Shown in pieces: positions 26,831 through 40,191 of a stretch of 64,000 nucleotides of DNA. Numbering within the stretch: the first letter of the stretch is position 1; each line of letters starts with the position of its first letter. Source of the DNA: Octopus sinensis (Eukaryota); NCBI RefSeq assembly GCF_006345805.1, contig NC_043021.1:12152001-12216000 (forward strand), given 5' to 3'. The translations under genes and the position numbers were made by a program. The notes under the pieces were generated by a model. The model was given only the letters and a program-made list of their open reading frames with translations, was not told the DNA's origin and ran no database searches.

Positions 26831-28009
26831 CAGCTCCTGATTTGTCATCGGGGTTTACTTCAAAAGCCTTTCAAAGTTAAGTGGCTATGTCCATATGACA
26901 GAAGTTTTTGAACAAGAATTCATCTCAGAAACTAAAAAGCCTTTCACAGCTAGTGAGTTTCATCCAACCAGAGCACAGGTTTTTTGACGCTAGAAATCAC
27001 CTTCGTTAAGGCAGTGAGCTGGCAGAAACGTTAGCACGCCAGGCGAAATGCGTAGCCGTATTTCGCCTGCCGCTACATTCTGAGTTAAAATTTGTTTAGC
27101 TCCTTGTGGGTAGTAAAGAAATAAGTATTTCGTCTGCCGCTGCGTTCTGACTTCAAATTCCGCCGAGGTCGACTTTGCCTTTCATCCTTTCGGGGTCGAT
27201 TAAATAAGTACCAGTTACGTACTGAGATTGATATAATCGACTTAATCTGTTTGTCTGTTCTTGTTTGTCCCATCCATGTTTAGCCCCTTGTGGGCAATAA
27301 AGAGATAAGAAATCACCTTCGTTGACATCTCGTGTTAGAAGAAATATTTCCTCTAGTCTTAGAGGCCAAGCAGTATAATAATGAGGCTGGGAGTAGAGTT
27401 GGTTGTCAAAGGCTGTTTGAAACGTAAATCATGTAGCATTCGTCTGCTCCACAACTATCTGTCCTCAGCTTGTCAAACATGAAACGTACTCTTTTCTCAG
27501 GTATTCCACTTAATATACGTCAATTTTCAGTTCCTTTCTCAGCTTTATCTTAATTAAATATAATTCGGAATTTTATCTTATTGAAATATAATTCACTTTT
27601 CTTCGTAACTTTACTTTAAAGGGTGCTCGCGAAGGAGGGGAGGCAACTTCCATATGCATTTCTTGTTGCCTAACTCCTGTATTGTAACCACGAGAACATT
27701 AGAACCCATTTACTTGTTTATTCAATTCTAACTAAATCTAAAAGTTACAAAAATAAAGTTAAATAGCTGCAAAAACTATTAGTGAGATGGATTAACAGAT
27801 ATAACACTAGAGTGCAGCATTACACTTGATTTTCTCCCCTCCATACACACACAAGCATGTTCACTTTCCAGACATTTCTACATTACTGCATGTACTTTAT
27901 ATGTACTTTCTGACAAGTTGTGGTGCACCTGAGCACTGTATACAATAATTTCATTATTATTATTATTAAAATGTGTTGTGCTCATACACGCCGAGAATAT
28001 AGTCTATGC

Positions 28010-28100
28010 CCGTGGTTCCCAAATGGAGTACATAAAAGATTCCATCCGAGTAAACTAGGAATTAGGAGGTCCACAGGTAATTAATATTTAAGAACCCATG
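28010..28100. mobile_element. 91-bp hAT (Charlie-like) MITE
   Basis: Perfect 8-bp TSD GTCTATGC (28002-09 and 28101-08). Degenerate TIRs CCGTGGTTCCCAA / TTAAGAACCCATG. Confidence 0.75.
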
Positions 28101-29100
28101 GTCTATGCCCCTTCCATCCTTTCTATGCATATAAAATAAATGTTCCAAGATATATTTCACGGATGCTCAGTGACGTTTTTGTAGTCTGAGGGGGTTTCGG
28201 GTCTTTCAACGTCTGACCCTCTTCGTCTAGTTGAGCCAGCTAGGGTTGCGCAAGACCTAATTTGCATCTCTGTAGCAACAAACCACCAGCCTGTCTTCTT
28301 TATTCTAAGCAACCTACAGTGGGGACAAGTAACAGTTCCAATTCTCAATATCTGTGGCCTTGTTAGGTCAGTGAATTAACAGAATGGTAATTTTATATTA
28401 TGATTCTCAGAAAAAATATTCGTGGCTTTATGTCTGACTTATAATATATCAATATGGAGGCGCGTGGCTTAATGGTTAGGGTGTTGAACTCATGATCGTA
28501 AGGTTGTGGTTTCTATTCCTGGACCGGGCGATGCGTTGTGTTCTTGAGCAAAACAATTCATTTTCACGTTGCTCCAGTCCACTCAGCTGGCAAAAATGAG
28601 TAATCCTGCGACACGCCACTGAAACCGGCCCTTATGAGCCTGGCATGACTCGGGAAGGAACATTTTTTATAAGATATCAATATAAAATATTGATATCTGA
28701 GATCAAAATCGACCATGTTCACTTTTATTTCCATTCTTCAGGTCTTACAGAAATGAATAACTGTAATAGTCTGTTAATTCCACTGACAATCACGTTTTCT
28801 ACTCTAAAACATTGGCTTTGTGCTATTTAACAAGACAATTTCGTTAAAGCGATTTGTATTTCTCCTCAATTCCTGTTACCGCGTTTAGCATGAGCACTGA
28901 TTTAGCAACGATGAGGATGTAGGCATGGATATATAGTTGAGGCGATTGCTTCAAAACCATTTGTTTGCGCGTCCGATCTCACTGTGCAGCATCTTCGTCT
29001 AGTGAAATATAATAGATGGAAGCCCCTTCACTCACACACACGCGGGACAAACACGCACCCATTGAGTATGTGTATGTGTGTGTTCTATTATTGTATATAT

Positions 29101-29597
29101 TTCTTTACTGCCCACAAGGGGCTAAACATAGAGGGGACAAACAAGGACAGACAAAGGGATTAAGTCGATTACATCGACACCAGTACGAAACTGGTACTTT
29201 ATTTATCAATCCCGAAAGGATGAAAGGCAAAGTCGACCTCGGCGGAATTTGAACTCAGAACGTCACAACAGACGAAATACCGCTAAGCATTTCGCCCGGC
29301 GCGCTAACGCTTCTGCCAGCACGCCGTTCTATTACTGTATACCAGGGGAAATAACCGTAATACCTATTTCTTTATTACCCACAAGGGGCTAAACATAGAG
29401 GGGACAAACAAGAACAGACATAGGTATTAAGTCGATTACATCGACCCCAGTGCGGAACTGGTACTTAATTTATCGACCCCGAAAGGATGAAAGGCAAAGT
29501 CAACCTCGGCGGAATTTGAACTCACAACGTAACGACAGACGAAATACCACTAAGCATTTCATCCGGCGTGCTAACGTTTCTGCCAGCTCGCCGCCTT
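29101..29597 (-). mobile_element. Two family A SINEs with intact CpGs
   Basis: Near-consensus copies. Confidence 0.9.
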
Positions 29598-29661
29598 TAA
29601 AATAACCGTAATACCGGTGCTTCGCAAACTATGTTCATTGTGATATTTTAAAGTACATGAG

Positions 29662-30030
29662 ACCCGAGCTGCCAGAAACGTTAGCGAAATGCTTAGCGGT
29701 ATTTTGTCTGCTGCTACGTTCTGAGTTCAAATTCCGCCGAGGTCGACTTTGCCTTTCATCCTTTCGGGGTCGATTAAATAAGTACCAGTTACGCACTGGA
29801 GTCGATGTAATCGACTTAATCCGTTTGTCTTCTCTGTGTTTAACCCCTTGTGGGTAGTAAAGAAATAGGTATTTAGTCTGCCGCTACGTTCTGAGTTCAT
29901 ATTCCGATGAGGTTGACTTTGCCTTTCATCCTTTCAAGGTTGATAAATTAAGTACCAGTTGCGTACTGAGGCCGATCTAATCGACTGGCCCCTTCCCCCA
30001 AAATTTCGGGCTTTGTGCCTAGAGTAGAAA
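29662..30030 (+). mobile_element. Two family A SINEs
   Basis: Near-consensus copies, inverted relative to 29101-29597. Confidence 0.9.
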
Positions 30031-30606
30031 AGGATATTTTAAAGTACATCACTAACACTCCTTTGTCAACTTCACCGGCAAAAATACCATAAACAAATTA
30101 TCAATTCACTGGAAATCTGAAACGACGTTATTGTTCACAAACTGATAAATAGAAAAAAGTAAAAAAAGAGTAACATATGAAATATGACTGAGTGGCATCT
30201 AAGGGAGACAACTTGTTTTCCCTTCTCGAACTATATTCAAAGTAAATTTTCGAAATACAAAAGAAGAATAGATTATTGCTTTAAGACAGAAAGAGACGCC
30301 AAACTAATCAGTTTAAATCCCGTGGAGAATTAGGGAGTCATCTTGAATGTTTAATAACTAAGCTTTTGGGAAAAGCAGTTAAAACAATTTGAAAAAGCTT
30401 TCATTTGCTATAGTGTGTGTGTGGGGGGGTCTATATATACATATATATATATATTATATTAAATTAGAGATAAAACTACTATTAGGCAAATCAAACAATG
30501 AAAAACTTAAGCCAATACATAAAATTAACTAATTTATATTATTTTAAATATATACCAAAAGTATTAAAAGTTTAATAAAAGATAATAAGTAAATATAATA
30601 TATATA

Positions 30607-30644
<38 letters not shown>

Positions 30645-30817
30645 TTTTACTTGTTTCAGTCACTTGACTGCAGCCATGCTGGAGCACCGCCTTAAAGGGT
30701 TTTTAGTCGAAGAAATCAACCCCATGACATTCTTTGTAAGTCTAGTACTTATTCTATCGGTGTCTTTTGCTGAACCACCAAGTTATGGGGACATAGACAC
30801 ACCAGCATCGGTTGTCT

Positions 30818-31560
30818 AGAGATGGCAACTGCTGGTCTTCAATGAGCAACCTTGCCCAGTCTTGTGACTCGGAGGGGAACTTTCAAGGTCAATATGAATT
30901 TGGGCCTCCTTATCAAGTTTAGCATTGGTTGTTACTGTAGGACCCAAATATGTGAAAGCATGAATGATTTTCAGAGTTTTGCCTTCAAGAAACATGCTGG
31001 GCAAGATTTCTAGATTGTTACCAGGACATGACTGATACAATAGTCAATTTTATGCTCATGGTTTAAGCCAAAAGATATGGCTGCTGCTGCTGCAAATCTA
31101 TCAACGATGTCTTCAAGTGTTATAAGCAACTATGGCACAATCATCTGCAAACAGTAAGTCTTTTATTGTCTATGAGGCAACTTCAGACCTTGCTTTGAAA
31201 CATTGTTGGTTGAAGATGCCACATATTCAAGAAACACACCCTTTTCTACATCAGAAAAGGCACAGTCTAGCATTACTGAAAAAAAAAAAAAATAGTGCAA
31301 ATAATATTGGTGCCAAAACACAACCTTGTTTTGTACAATTTTTAACATAAAAAAGGCTTATTGACTGTCATTTGAGAGAACAGACACCTTCATGTTTTTT
31401 ATGTAGGGACACTATGACATTTAGCATTGCTCAGGAATCCTGAGCTTTGCTAATACTTTCTGCAAAGCCTGCTGACATACAGAGGCTTTCTAAGCATGCT
31501 GACATACAGAGGCTTTTGTAAGGTCAACAAATACTACATAAAGGTTTTTAGAGTGCTCTC
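30818..31560 (-). mobile_element. RTE-clade reverse transcriptase fragment (pseudogenised)
   Basis: Minus strand TKQGCVLAPI (RT motif) and LKIIHAFTYLGPTVTTNAKLDKE. Confidence 0.8.
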
Positions 31561-32646
31561 AGGCTTTCTCCTGAACTTGTCACAAACTGAATATCCATTG
31601 TTCCCTGACCTGAACTAAACCCACACTGACTGTCTGGATAGATAGAACTGACTAAGTCAGTGTTAATTCTGTCCAAGAGGATTTTTCCTGCAACTGAGGG
31701 TAGCAATATGTCACAAAGATTATCACATTTACACTAATTACCTTTAATTTTTTTTGTTCATATGTACAATCGTTACATCTTTAAATTGTTGAGGGACAGT
31801 TCCTTTCTGTCACACTTGGACAATAAGCTCTGTTAATTTGTCTATCAAAATACTGACATCAAATTTTGGCACAAGGCCAGTAATTTTGTTGGAGTGGGGA
31901 TAAATCGATTACATCCACCCCAGTATTCAACTGGTACTTAATACTTAATTCATCGACCCCGAGAAGATGAAAGGCAAAGCTGACTTTGGTGGAATTTGAA
32001 CTCAGAATATAACGATGGACGAAAAGCCGCTAAGCAGTTTTTTCTGTCACATTAAAAATTTTCTCCAGTTATACCATCTTCTCCTGGGGCTTTTCCATTT
32101 GTCAATCCTTTTATAGTTACTTTCACTTCATCCAAACATGGATCCAATGTAAAAGAAGGAATTACTGTTGTTTGGAGGATATTGATTGAGTTCTTGTCTA
32201 CATTTGTATGTCTATTACTCTTTTACTTGTTTCAGTCATTTGACTGTGGCCATGCTGGAGCACTGCCTTTAGTCGAGCAAATCGACCCCAGGACTTATTC
32301 TTTATAAGCCTAATACTTATTCTATCGGTCACTTTTTGCCGAACTGCTAAGTTACGGGGATGTAAACACACCAGCATCGGTTGTCATGCGATGTTGGGGG
32401 GACAAACACATACACACACACATACATACATATATACGACAGTCTTCTTTCAGTTTCCGTTGACCAAATCCACTCACAAGGCTTTGGTCGGCAGAGGTTA
32501 TAATAGAAGACACTTGCCCAAGGTGCTACGCAGTGGGACTGAACCCGGAACCATGTGGTTGGTAAGCAAACTCTTTGAACCAAACCTCTTTGACAGAGAT
32601 GGATGAGGAAAGAAATGGAGAGAGATAGAGATGTGTAGGGATCATT

Positions 32647-32685
<39 letters not shown>

Positions 32686-32697
32686 ACATACATACAT

Positions 32698-32730
<33 letters not shown>

Positions 32731-32959
32731 TACATACATACATGCTTATATATATAAAGAATATGAGGGGGTTTAGCTTGTGATCTAAACGAATAGGTAC
32801 GCAGGGTAAGTGCCTTAGTTGGTCGACCATTAGGTTCCAAGATCACAGCTAAGGTTGGATCTAGGGATCCATGTCGTATGGTAGAATTATATATATATAT
32901 TAGCGGGGAAAAACTCAAGGTAATAATTCGAACTCATTGAAAATGAATGTAAATGTATC

Positions 32960-34867
32960 GGTTAATATAGGGCGTAACAAATATCGGAAAATCAAAAAAA
33001 AAATGTGTGTAATAGGTGTAAAACAACTTCCTATGAACGAATATGAAAAAAAAAATTCGCGCACGCGAAAGGGGGGTGGGGGAGAGGCCTCGGAAAATTC
33101 ACATCGGGAAGTTCCGAAAGCGTCTGAGGGGCTGACCCGGCACCAAAACAAAAAAAAAATAGTGTAATATGTGTAAAACAACTTGCTCTAAACGAATATG
33201 AAAAAAAAAATGCGCTCTCGAGAAAGAGGGGTGGGGGAGAGGCCTCGGAATATTTATATCGGGAATTTCCGAAAGCGTCTGAACCGGGCACAAAAACAAA
33301 AACAAAAACAGCGTAATAGGTGTAAAACAACTTGCTCTAAACGACTATCATGAAAAAAAGCCGCGCTCGCGAAAGGGGGGTGGGGGAGAGGCTTCGGAAA
33401 TTTCACATCTTCAGTCCACGGCCTTTAAACTAAGAAAAAATAGTGTAATTGGTGTAAAACTACTTGTTCTAAACGAGTATCAAGAACACACACTCACACA
33501 TGAATCATTTCGCAAAAAAAAAAATAAAGAGAAGAAATTCTGGAAAAAGTGAAGAAATGTTGGATCTCATTCCTTGGTTAAAGCTATTTTAAACATAAAT
33601 TTATGCTTTTCTTTGAAATAGTTCAGATATATGCAATTCTTCTCACTTATTAAGATGCATTTATCAGAAAAAAGAGACAGAAAAAATATTATTTTGTGTC
33701 AATCCTTCCCTAATTATCCTTTATTAATTAGTTTTGGCGTGTATTTTTTTCCCAAATTTATTTTTTCACCTTTACAACACTGTTTAGTAAAGCAATTAAT
33801 TATCTTTATAATTTGCATATTTGACTTATTAATCAAAATTCTCTAGATGTAATATATACTAAGTAATGCATCCTTCATTTATGTGTTCCGTTCTGTATTA
33901 TGCATGCGTGACTGTTTGTATGTAAGTGTGTTTAACTGTGCACATGAATGTGTATATTAAAGAACATATTTACTATGATTGTTATTTTCAGAACAAATAA
34001 ATCTTTTGGCTGTTATGTTATTGATGTTATTATTATTGCTAGTTAAAGGGTGGTGACTTGGCTGAATATTTTGAGTCTTGTAGTATGTGTTGTGTTAGTC
34101 AATATTCTGAGTTCAAATCCAACTCATTTCTTTATCATCATTATCGATGGACCACTCAAAGAGGTATGTATACATTATCATTTTCGTAACATAATTTCTG
34201 TAGTATTTCAAGATGTTTCTGACACGTATTTTGATTCACATGGCGGAGATCCAACATTTCTTCACTTTTTCCAGAATTTCTTCTCTTTATTTTTTTTTTT
34301 TTGCGAAATACGGAGTTTATGATTCATGTGTGAGTGTGTGTTCTTGATACTCGTTTAGAACAAGTAGTTTTACACCAATTACACTATTTTTTCTTAGTTT
34401 AAAGGCCGTGGACTGAAGATGTGAAATTTCCGAAGCCTCTCTCCCACGCCCCTTTCGCGAGCGCGCATTTTTTTCATGATAGTCGTTTAGAGCAATTGTT
34501 TTACACCTATTACGCTGTTTTTGTTTTTGTTTTTGTGCCCGGTTCAGACGCTTTCGGAATTCCCGATATAAATATTCCGAGGCCTCTCCCCCACCCCTCT
34601 TTCTCGAGAGCGGCATTTTTTTTTTCATATTCGTTTAGAGCAAGTTGTTTTACACATATTACACTATTTTTTTTTTGTTTTGGTGCCCGGGTCAGCCCCT
34701 CAGACGCTTTCGGAACTTCCCGATGTGAATTTTCCGAGGCCTCTCCCCCACCCCCCTTTCGCGTGCGCGAATTTTTTTTTTCATATTCGTTCATAGGAAG
34801 TTGTTTTACACCTATTACACACATTTTTTTTTTGATTTTCTGATATTTGTTACGCCCTATATTAACC
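32960..34867. mobile_element. 1.9-kb non-autonomous foldback DNA transposon (Merlin- or MULE-like) with about 610-bp TIRs made of tandem subunits
   Basis: TIRs 32960-33568 and 34246-34867 start GGTTAATATAGGGCG. Perfect 8-bp TSD AATGTATC (32952-59 and 34868-75). No internal coding capacity seen. Confidence 0.88.
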
Positions 34868-34978
34868 AATGTATCGTTAGCTAACATAGTGATTTGAAAT
34901 ATTTAATTACTGATCTGGTATTCAAATTAAATTTTACCCATTTTTCTGTGATTCCATCCCCACATCTGTTCATCGTAT

Positions 34979-34990
34979 TTTCGCGGGAAA
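34979..34990. promoter_or_regulatory. E2F-like motif (TTTCGCGGGAAA, TTTCCCGCG on the minus strand) in the putative INO80B promoter
   Basis: Match to the TTTSSCGC consensus about 630 bp upstream of the ATG, in a CpG-retaining region. Short motif only. Confidence 0.3.
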
Positions 34991-35619
34991 AGGCCAAACG
35001 TATTGATAAATAAATATTTGCTGGTGTTAATCTCACTCATTTACTCTTAAATATTATTATATGTTTTCTTCGTCCGTGTTTGATGAAATAATGAATCAAG
35101 GAAGGAAATGAAACAAAACAATTCACATTAAAATTAAGTCATCGAAATTCTGTCGGAGGTGCAAAGGTAAAGCAAATACTTCTGCAAATTGCAAATAAAT
35201 ATAATTTTCAAATCATGTCTCCCGCCGAAAAATAAAATTACAAAATTATTTAAAAAAAAACAAACTCTCTCTAAAGTCATTAAAAATCTTTTTGGAAAAG
35301 CAACCAGATTAAGGTGAGAATGTCCAAAGTAGATTAATTGATACTTAAAATCCCTCTGTAAACTTTATAAAAGTATATAATAATTGAACTTGTTCAGTAT
35401 GGGATGAAAAACAATAATTTTGTCTACAAAGTAAACGAAGCGGCCAAAAATTGTTGTTCGGTTAAAGACCCGACGGGAGAATGGTCACAGAAAATGGCTC
35501 TTAATTTGACGAGGACGTCCATTACTAGTGTCTTAGATGTATTAAACGTTAGAGCAAGTCTCTTTTGATTTAAACGTTGACTTGTTATTGTTTAATTGTC
35601 TTTCATAATAAACTGAAAA

Positions 35620-35662
35620 ATGGGTAAGAAAAAGGAACAAACAACAGAAGAAGATGTTACGG
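35620..35662 (+). CDS. INO80B: INO80 complex subunit B, coding exon 1 (MGKKKEQTTEEDVT + G)
   Basis: aaaaATGG start and strong donor G|gtaagt at 35663. Phase 1 joins exon 2 (G+AC = Asp) in frame. Lies in a CpG-retaining, promoter-like region. Confidence 0.75.
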
Positions 35663-35954
35663 GTAAGTAAGCTTTGTCTCGAGCTCCATTTTTCCCCGTG
35701 TGTAGTTGTTTATATGTTCGATATCTGCCGCTCAGTCCGGCCTACACATTGGTTTCTCTTTTGGATTTACCTTCTTTCTTCCTTTCTAATTATTTCTTCG
35801 ACGATCGAAATATTTATATATATATGAATAAAGTAACAGACAAACGAACCATCTATGTTTAGTGTTTCCCGGTTGATTAAATACCGAACACTATTCCCCG
35901 TTTTTATTTTCCTTTTTTTGTCCACTAATAGGGGACAGATTCAATTCAATTCAT

Positions 35955-36357
35955 AAGGAAGAGCTCGGTTAACTGATGCTGTCATTTGAATCTCAAAGCA
36001 TAACCACGATTCAATGGATCCAATGAGGAATCCCCAAAGTTGTTGGTTTAAGTACCGGGAATGGTAACCAAAAAAATCTCACTCGGATTGAACAATCTAC
36101 AACGTTTTTTTTTGCTGATGTTTACTGTCTCTGCGTCCGGTCAAAAACTGACCATTTTTAATATCATGTCTAGGACAACATCATCTGATGTATTTGTTCT
36201 TCCTTAAACGTTGTAGATTGTACAATCCGAGTGAGATTTTTTGGCTACCATTCCCGGTACTTAGACCAACAACTTTGGGGATTCCTCATTGGATCCATTG
36301 AATCGTGGTTATGCTTTGAGATTCAAATGACAGCATCAGTTAACCGAGCTCTTCCTT
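35955..36357. repeat. 403-bp palindrome (about 152-bp arms, 98-bp spacer) in INO80B intron 1
   Basis: 35955-36107 is the near-perfect reverse complement of 36206-36357. No TSD seen. Confidence 0.9.
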
Positions 36358-36782
36358 GTGCCGCCGCCAAACTTCTACATATTCTTAATGAACACATCTT
36401 ACCACAGGCAGACATCGATATATGTCAGAGTGACCAAGAAACGTGAAAGGTATCAAGTGGTCGTGAGATGTGCTAAAAACAACAACTAAATCGCCACGAA
36501 TTCCTGTAAAAATTTTCTGAAAATCCCCAAAACTAATAAAGTTGTGAGGGGTTATATGGGATGCTTAAACCAGAATTCCGTCCGCCTCACCATAAATCAT
36601 ATTTATTAACTATTTCTGACGAAAGTACAATTATTAATTTTTTCCCTTTAGTTTTACACAAGATCTAACTGAACTTTCAATTCCCACCACTACCACGTTC
36701 TGTGAGTGTATATCCTCCGTTGTTCACCTTGTAGAATTATCAACGTGACCAATGATCTTCCTTTTTTTACGTCGGTTAGATT

Positions 36783-37140
36783 TACTCTTTACTCTTTTAC
36801 TTGTTTCAGTCATTTGACTGCGGCCATGCTGGAGCACCGCCTTTAATCGAGCAAATCGACCCCGAGACTTACTCTTTGTAAGCCCAGTACTTATTCTATC
36901 TGTCTCTTTTGCCGAACCGCTAAGTAACGGGGGCATAAACACACCAGCATCGGTTGTCAAGCAATGCTAGGGGGACAAACACATACATATATATAGACAG
37001 GCTTCTTTCAGTTTCCGTCTACCAAATCCACTCACAAGGCATTGGTCGGCCCGGGGCTATAGCAGAAGACACTTGCCCAAGATGCCATGCAGTGGGACTG
37101 AACCCAGAACCATGTGGTTGGTTAGCAAGCTACTTACCAC
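36783..37140 (-). mobile_element. Family B SINE (CpG-intact). Further copies at about 13435-14090, 24128-24532, 32215-32570, 46915-47443, 51165-51472 and 63745-64000
   Basis: Same consensus. Confidence 0.9.
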
Positions 37141-37974
37141 TTGCAATTTTCTTCAACAAAACAATCCATTAATCAGTGGCTTTGCAGATCGAACAAAAGA
37201 AAGAAAGAAAGAAAAAAAGGAAACACCACGAAGTTATGCTGCATGCAGTATTCGACAAAAAACGAATCAGTCCACCGGAGTTGCTGATGCGAAACCTTAT
37301 TGATGCATTGCGAACTTCGGGTTGGCATCAGGACACTACCGCGATGTTAAGTGACCCAGCGGCACTCACTGACATGCCTCTGCGCATTTGTTTTGGAGAT
37401 TTAAATTCCTGGATTTTCCTGAAGAGAATGCTGCAAAATGGTCTCCTTATTCAATCCGAATTTGGAAATTTGCAGCCTTTGAAACATGCGTAGAAAATAA
37501 TAAAAGGAATTTTGTAGAATCTTCGTTCAGCTCCATTTCTTCCCTTCACTAAATATATAAAACTTCAATTATCCGCGCTAAGGCACGGTTGCGACACCCC
37601 ATGGTCGTAACCTCAACCGTGTTTTTTCTGTTGTGATTTTTGCTACCCAGGTATCGGTTAAATTTTGAATAATCCGTATCAAGATAATTCATTTATCCAT
37701 TTCAATTATATATATATATATATAATATATATATATATATATAAAATATACACATTACAGATATAGGGTGAAAAATTATTAATTTGATTTATTAAATTTG
37801 AGTTATAAATTCATTATATTTGAGTTACAAATATTGGTATCTGTGGAGACATATTTTTGTAGAAAAAAGAAATAGCAGTCTTTTGGTTGCTATTTCTAAA
37901 AGTTTCGGTATGTGGTCAAGCAGCTTGTTGCTAAACCCTTATTGTTATAATTATATATATATACACATACATAC

Positions 37975-38006
<32 letters not shown>

Positions 38007-39794
38007 GTAGAATCTGGTAATTTTCCTGAGTGAGAAAGAAAATTTTTTAGATTGATAAAATATTGCAAAGAGCAACAGTGTGTGTGTATGTATGTATGTA
38101 TGTTTGTTTTTGGTGTGTGTCTGGTGGTTGGAGGTTCTACAGAGGTCGTTTAGTCCTTGGTCAATCCTGATCGGGCAAGAGCTATGTTCAAGAAGCATTA
38201 GCATTTCAGCCATGGCCGTCCCATCGTTGATACGACTACATTAACGTGCCGGGATTTTTTGTTTGTTTTTTTTTGTTTTTTACTTTCTCAAGACGGAGGG
38301 ATATAATTTGAGGGAAATTCAAGTCCTCTTTCTGACAAGTCGAGCGTCTACGCAGCGGCTTCCCTCTTCGGCTATCGAGGTTGTTTAACGTTCAACCCCT
38401 GGCCAGTCCCGGTCCAGTGTTGACTGATAGTCAAAGGCGTTCCACCGGCGCCCGTCCCGTCTTTTCTTTCAGATCTAATGGAACCAGGATTACATTGTCC
38501 AATGTGTCCGTCCGGCCTTCCTTTAAGACTGTAGGGGTGTGATTTGCGAAACAATTTGGCTGTGACTTTTAGCAGGTCGAGCGAACACGTTGAGGTTCCC
38601 TTGTCAGCTATTGAAGTTTTCCCTGACAGGTAAATGAATTCCATTCAGTTTCATTTACATTTATTCGCCGAAAGTTTTGACATAGTTACAAGGCTGGACT
38701 AAAAGTTAATTACCATGTTCAAGAGTTAGTTTCGTTATGATAAGAAAATATGTACATACATTTGTATTTAATCTCTTTGGAATTATATAGACCCCGGGAC
38801 TGAAATTCACACAGGGTTCTACATACGTTGGCGTTACTACATAAGTGTTTCTCTTCACCGAGTTTATTTCTTAAAAACTTTCTGAAAATGGATATTTTTT
38901 TAAAAATGGAATCCAAGTCGGTGTGTGGGTGGAGCCCACTTATGTAGTTATGCCTCTACGTTTTTGATTAGCCTTTAGTTAACGGGGCTCCGATTTCTTG
39001 TCGGGAATGGGGGGTTCGAACGTGTACCGTATTGGTTTTCGTAATAGAAATTTTGGAATAGCTATCCGTCGAGGTCCCATATCGCAAAGGATGGGGAAAA
39101 ACAAAAGGCTATGGAATTGAGCCGGAGAGGGCACAGTAATCCGTTGTTTGAAACGAATACTAAAACATAAAGGGGACGAAAAGGGGTCTCCCTCCCTTCC
39201 GCATTCTAATATCGGATTTCAAATGATTTCTTACATCACATGGGACTCCGAGGGAATTCCCATGAGATATGGAGCCTCAAGGGTATCGCTATTCCAAAAC
39301 TCCACCTTGGTTTATGTTGTTCTTCCCAGTCACCAAGTGGTCATACCTCCACAAGTGTATCCTCCCCCCACCAACTTTGTTTCCTCATAACTTTGAGAAA
39401 AATTGGGAATATGTATATGAAGAATTTTTTTTCGGTGTAACAAAAAGCCTAATCCCTAAACACCGGGTGTGCGTATTCTTTACCTTCGCCGTATAGATTA
39501 CAATTATATTGGAATTTAATTTGGGTAAAAAAAAAATGGTGGGTGAACATGTAGTTATACATAGCATATATCTACAAAATGAAAGGGAAAATCTTGGAAA
39601 AATGTGATGGTTACAGTAACCAGCATTTACTTTTTCTTATTTTTACTTATTTGGTTCACCCGAAGAGTATTTGAAAATTTTATTGAAACTATCCATTTCT
39701 CTGAAAGTTATGAGGAAATAAAGTCGGCGGGGCATTTGTGGTGTTACGAACTGGGGGTTCTTTTTAAAAGCCGGTTTATAATCAATTAAATATA

Positions 39795-40191
39795 TCTTTA
39801 TATATAAAAGTGAAGTTGTGTGTCTGTCTCCTACGATTTAGATTCCTAACTACTCCCACATTTTGCGGTGCAGTTTAACCAAAACCGGGTATCTTATAGT
39901 CGTGATTCATATCGAGCCGTTCTGGGTATTAGTGCACGTCTACGATGAGTCTACGATTTAAAAAAAAATTTACCATAATTTTTTTCCATTTTAATGCATT
40001 TTTTCGCTATTATATAAGGGAAGTAACTCTCTAAAAATGTCTACGATGAGTCAACGATTTAAAAAAAAATTTACCATAATTTTTTTTCCCATTTTTAATG
40101 CATTTTTTTGCTATTATTTGGCTATAACTCTAAAAATGCTCATATAGTTATTTCCCTTACAAACCCAAGCAACGCCGGGCGATACTGCTAG
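39795..40191 (+). mobile_element. Non-autonomous Helitron (about 400 bp)
   Basis: A|TC 5' end (TCTTTATATATAAAAG), 3' CCCAAGCAACGCCGGG hairpin followed by CTAG|T. Contains an internal duplication (CTACGATGAGTC.ACGATTTAAAAAAA...). Confidence 0.85.

Noticed and set aside
32915-34887. ORFs within the foldback element
   Set aside because: They are mirror-image translations of the TIR subunits with no transposase motifs.
37584-37621. CACGGTTG...CAACCGTG nested hairpin
   Set aside because: No canonical ribozyme core and no TSD, so it is too short to interpret.
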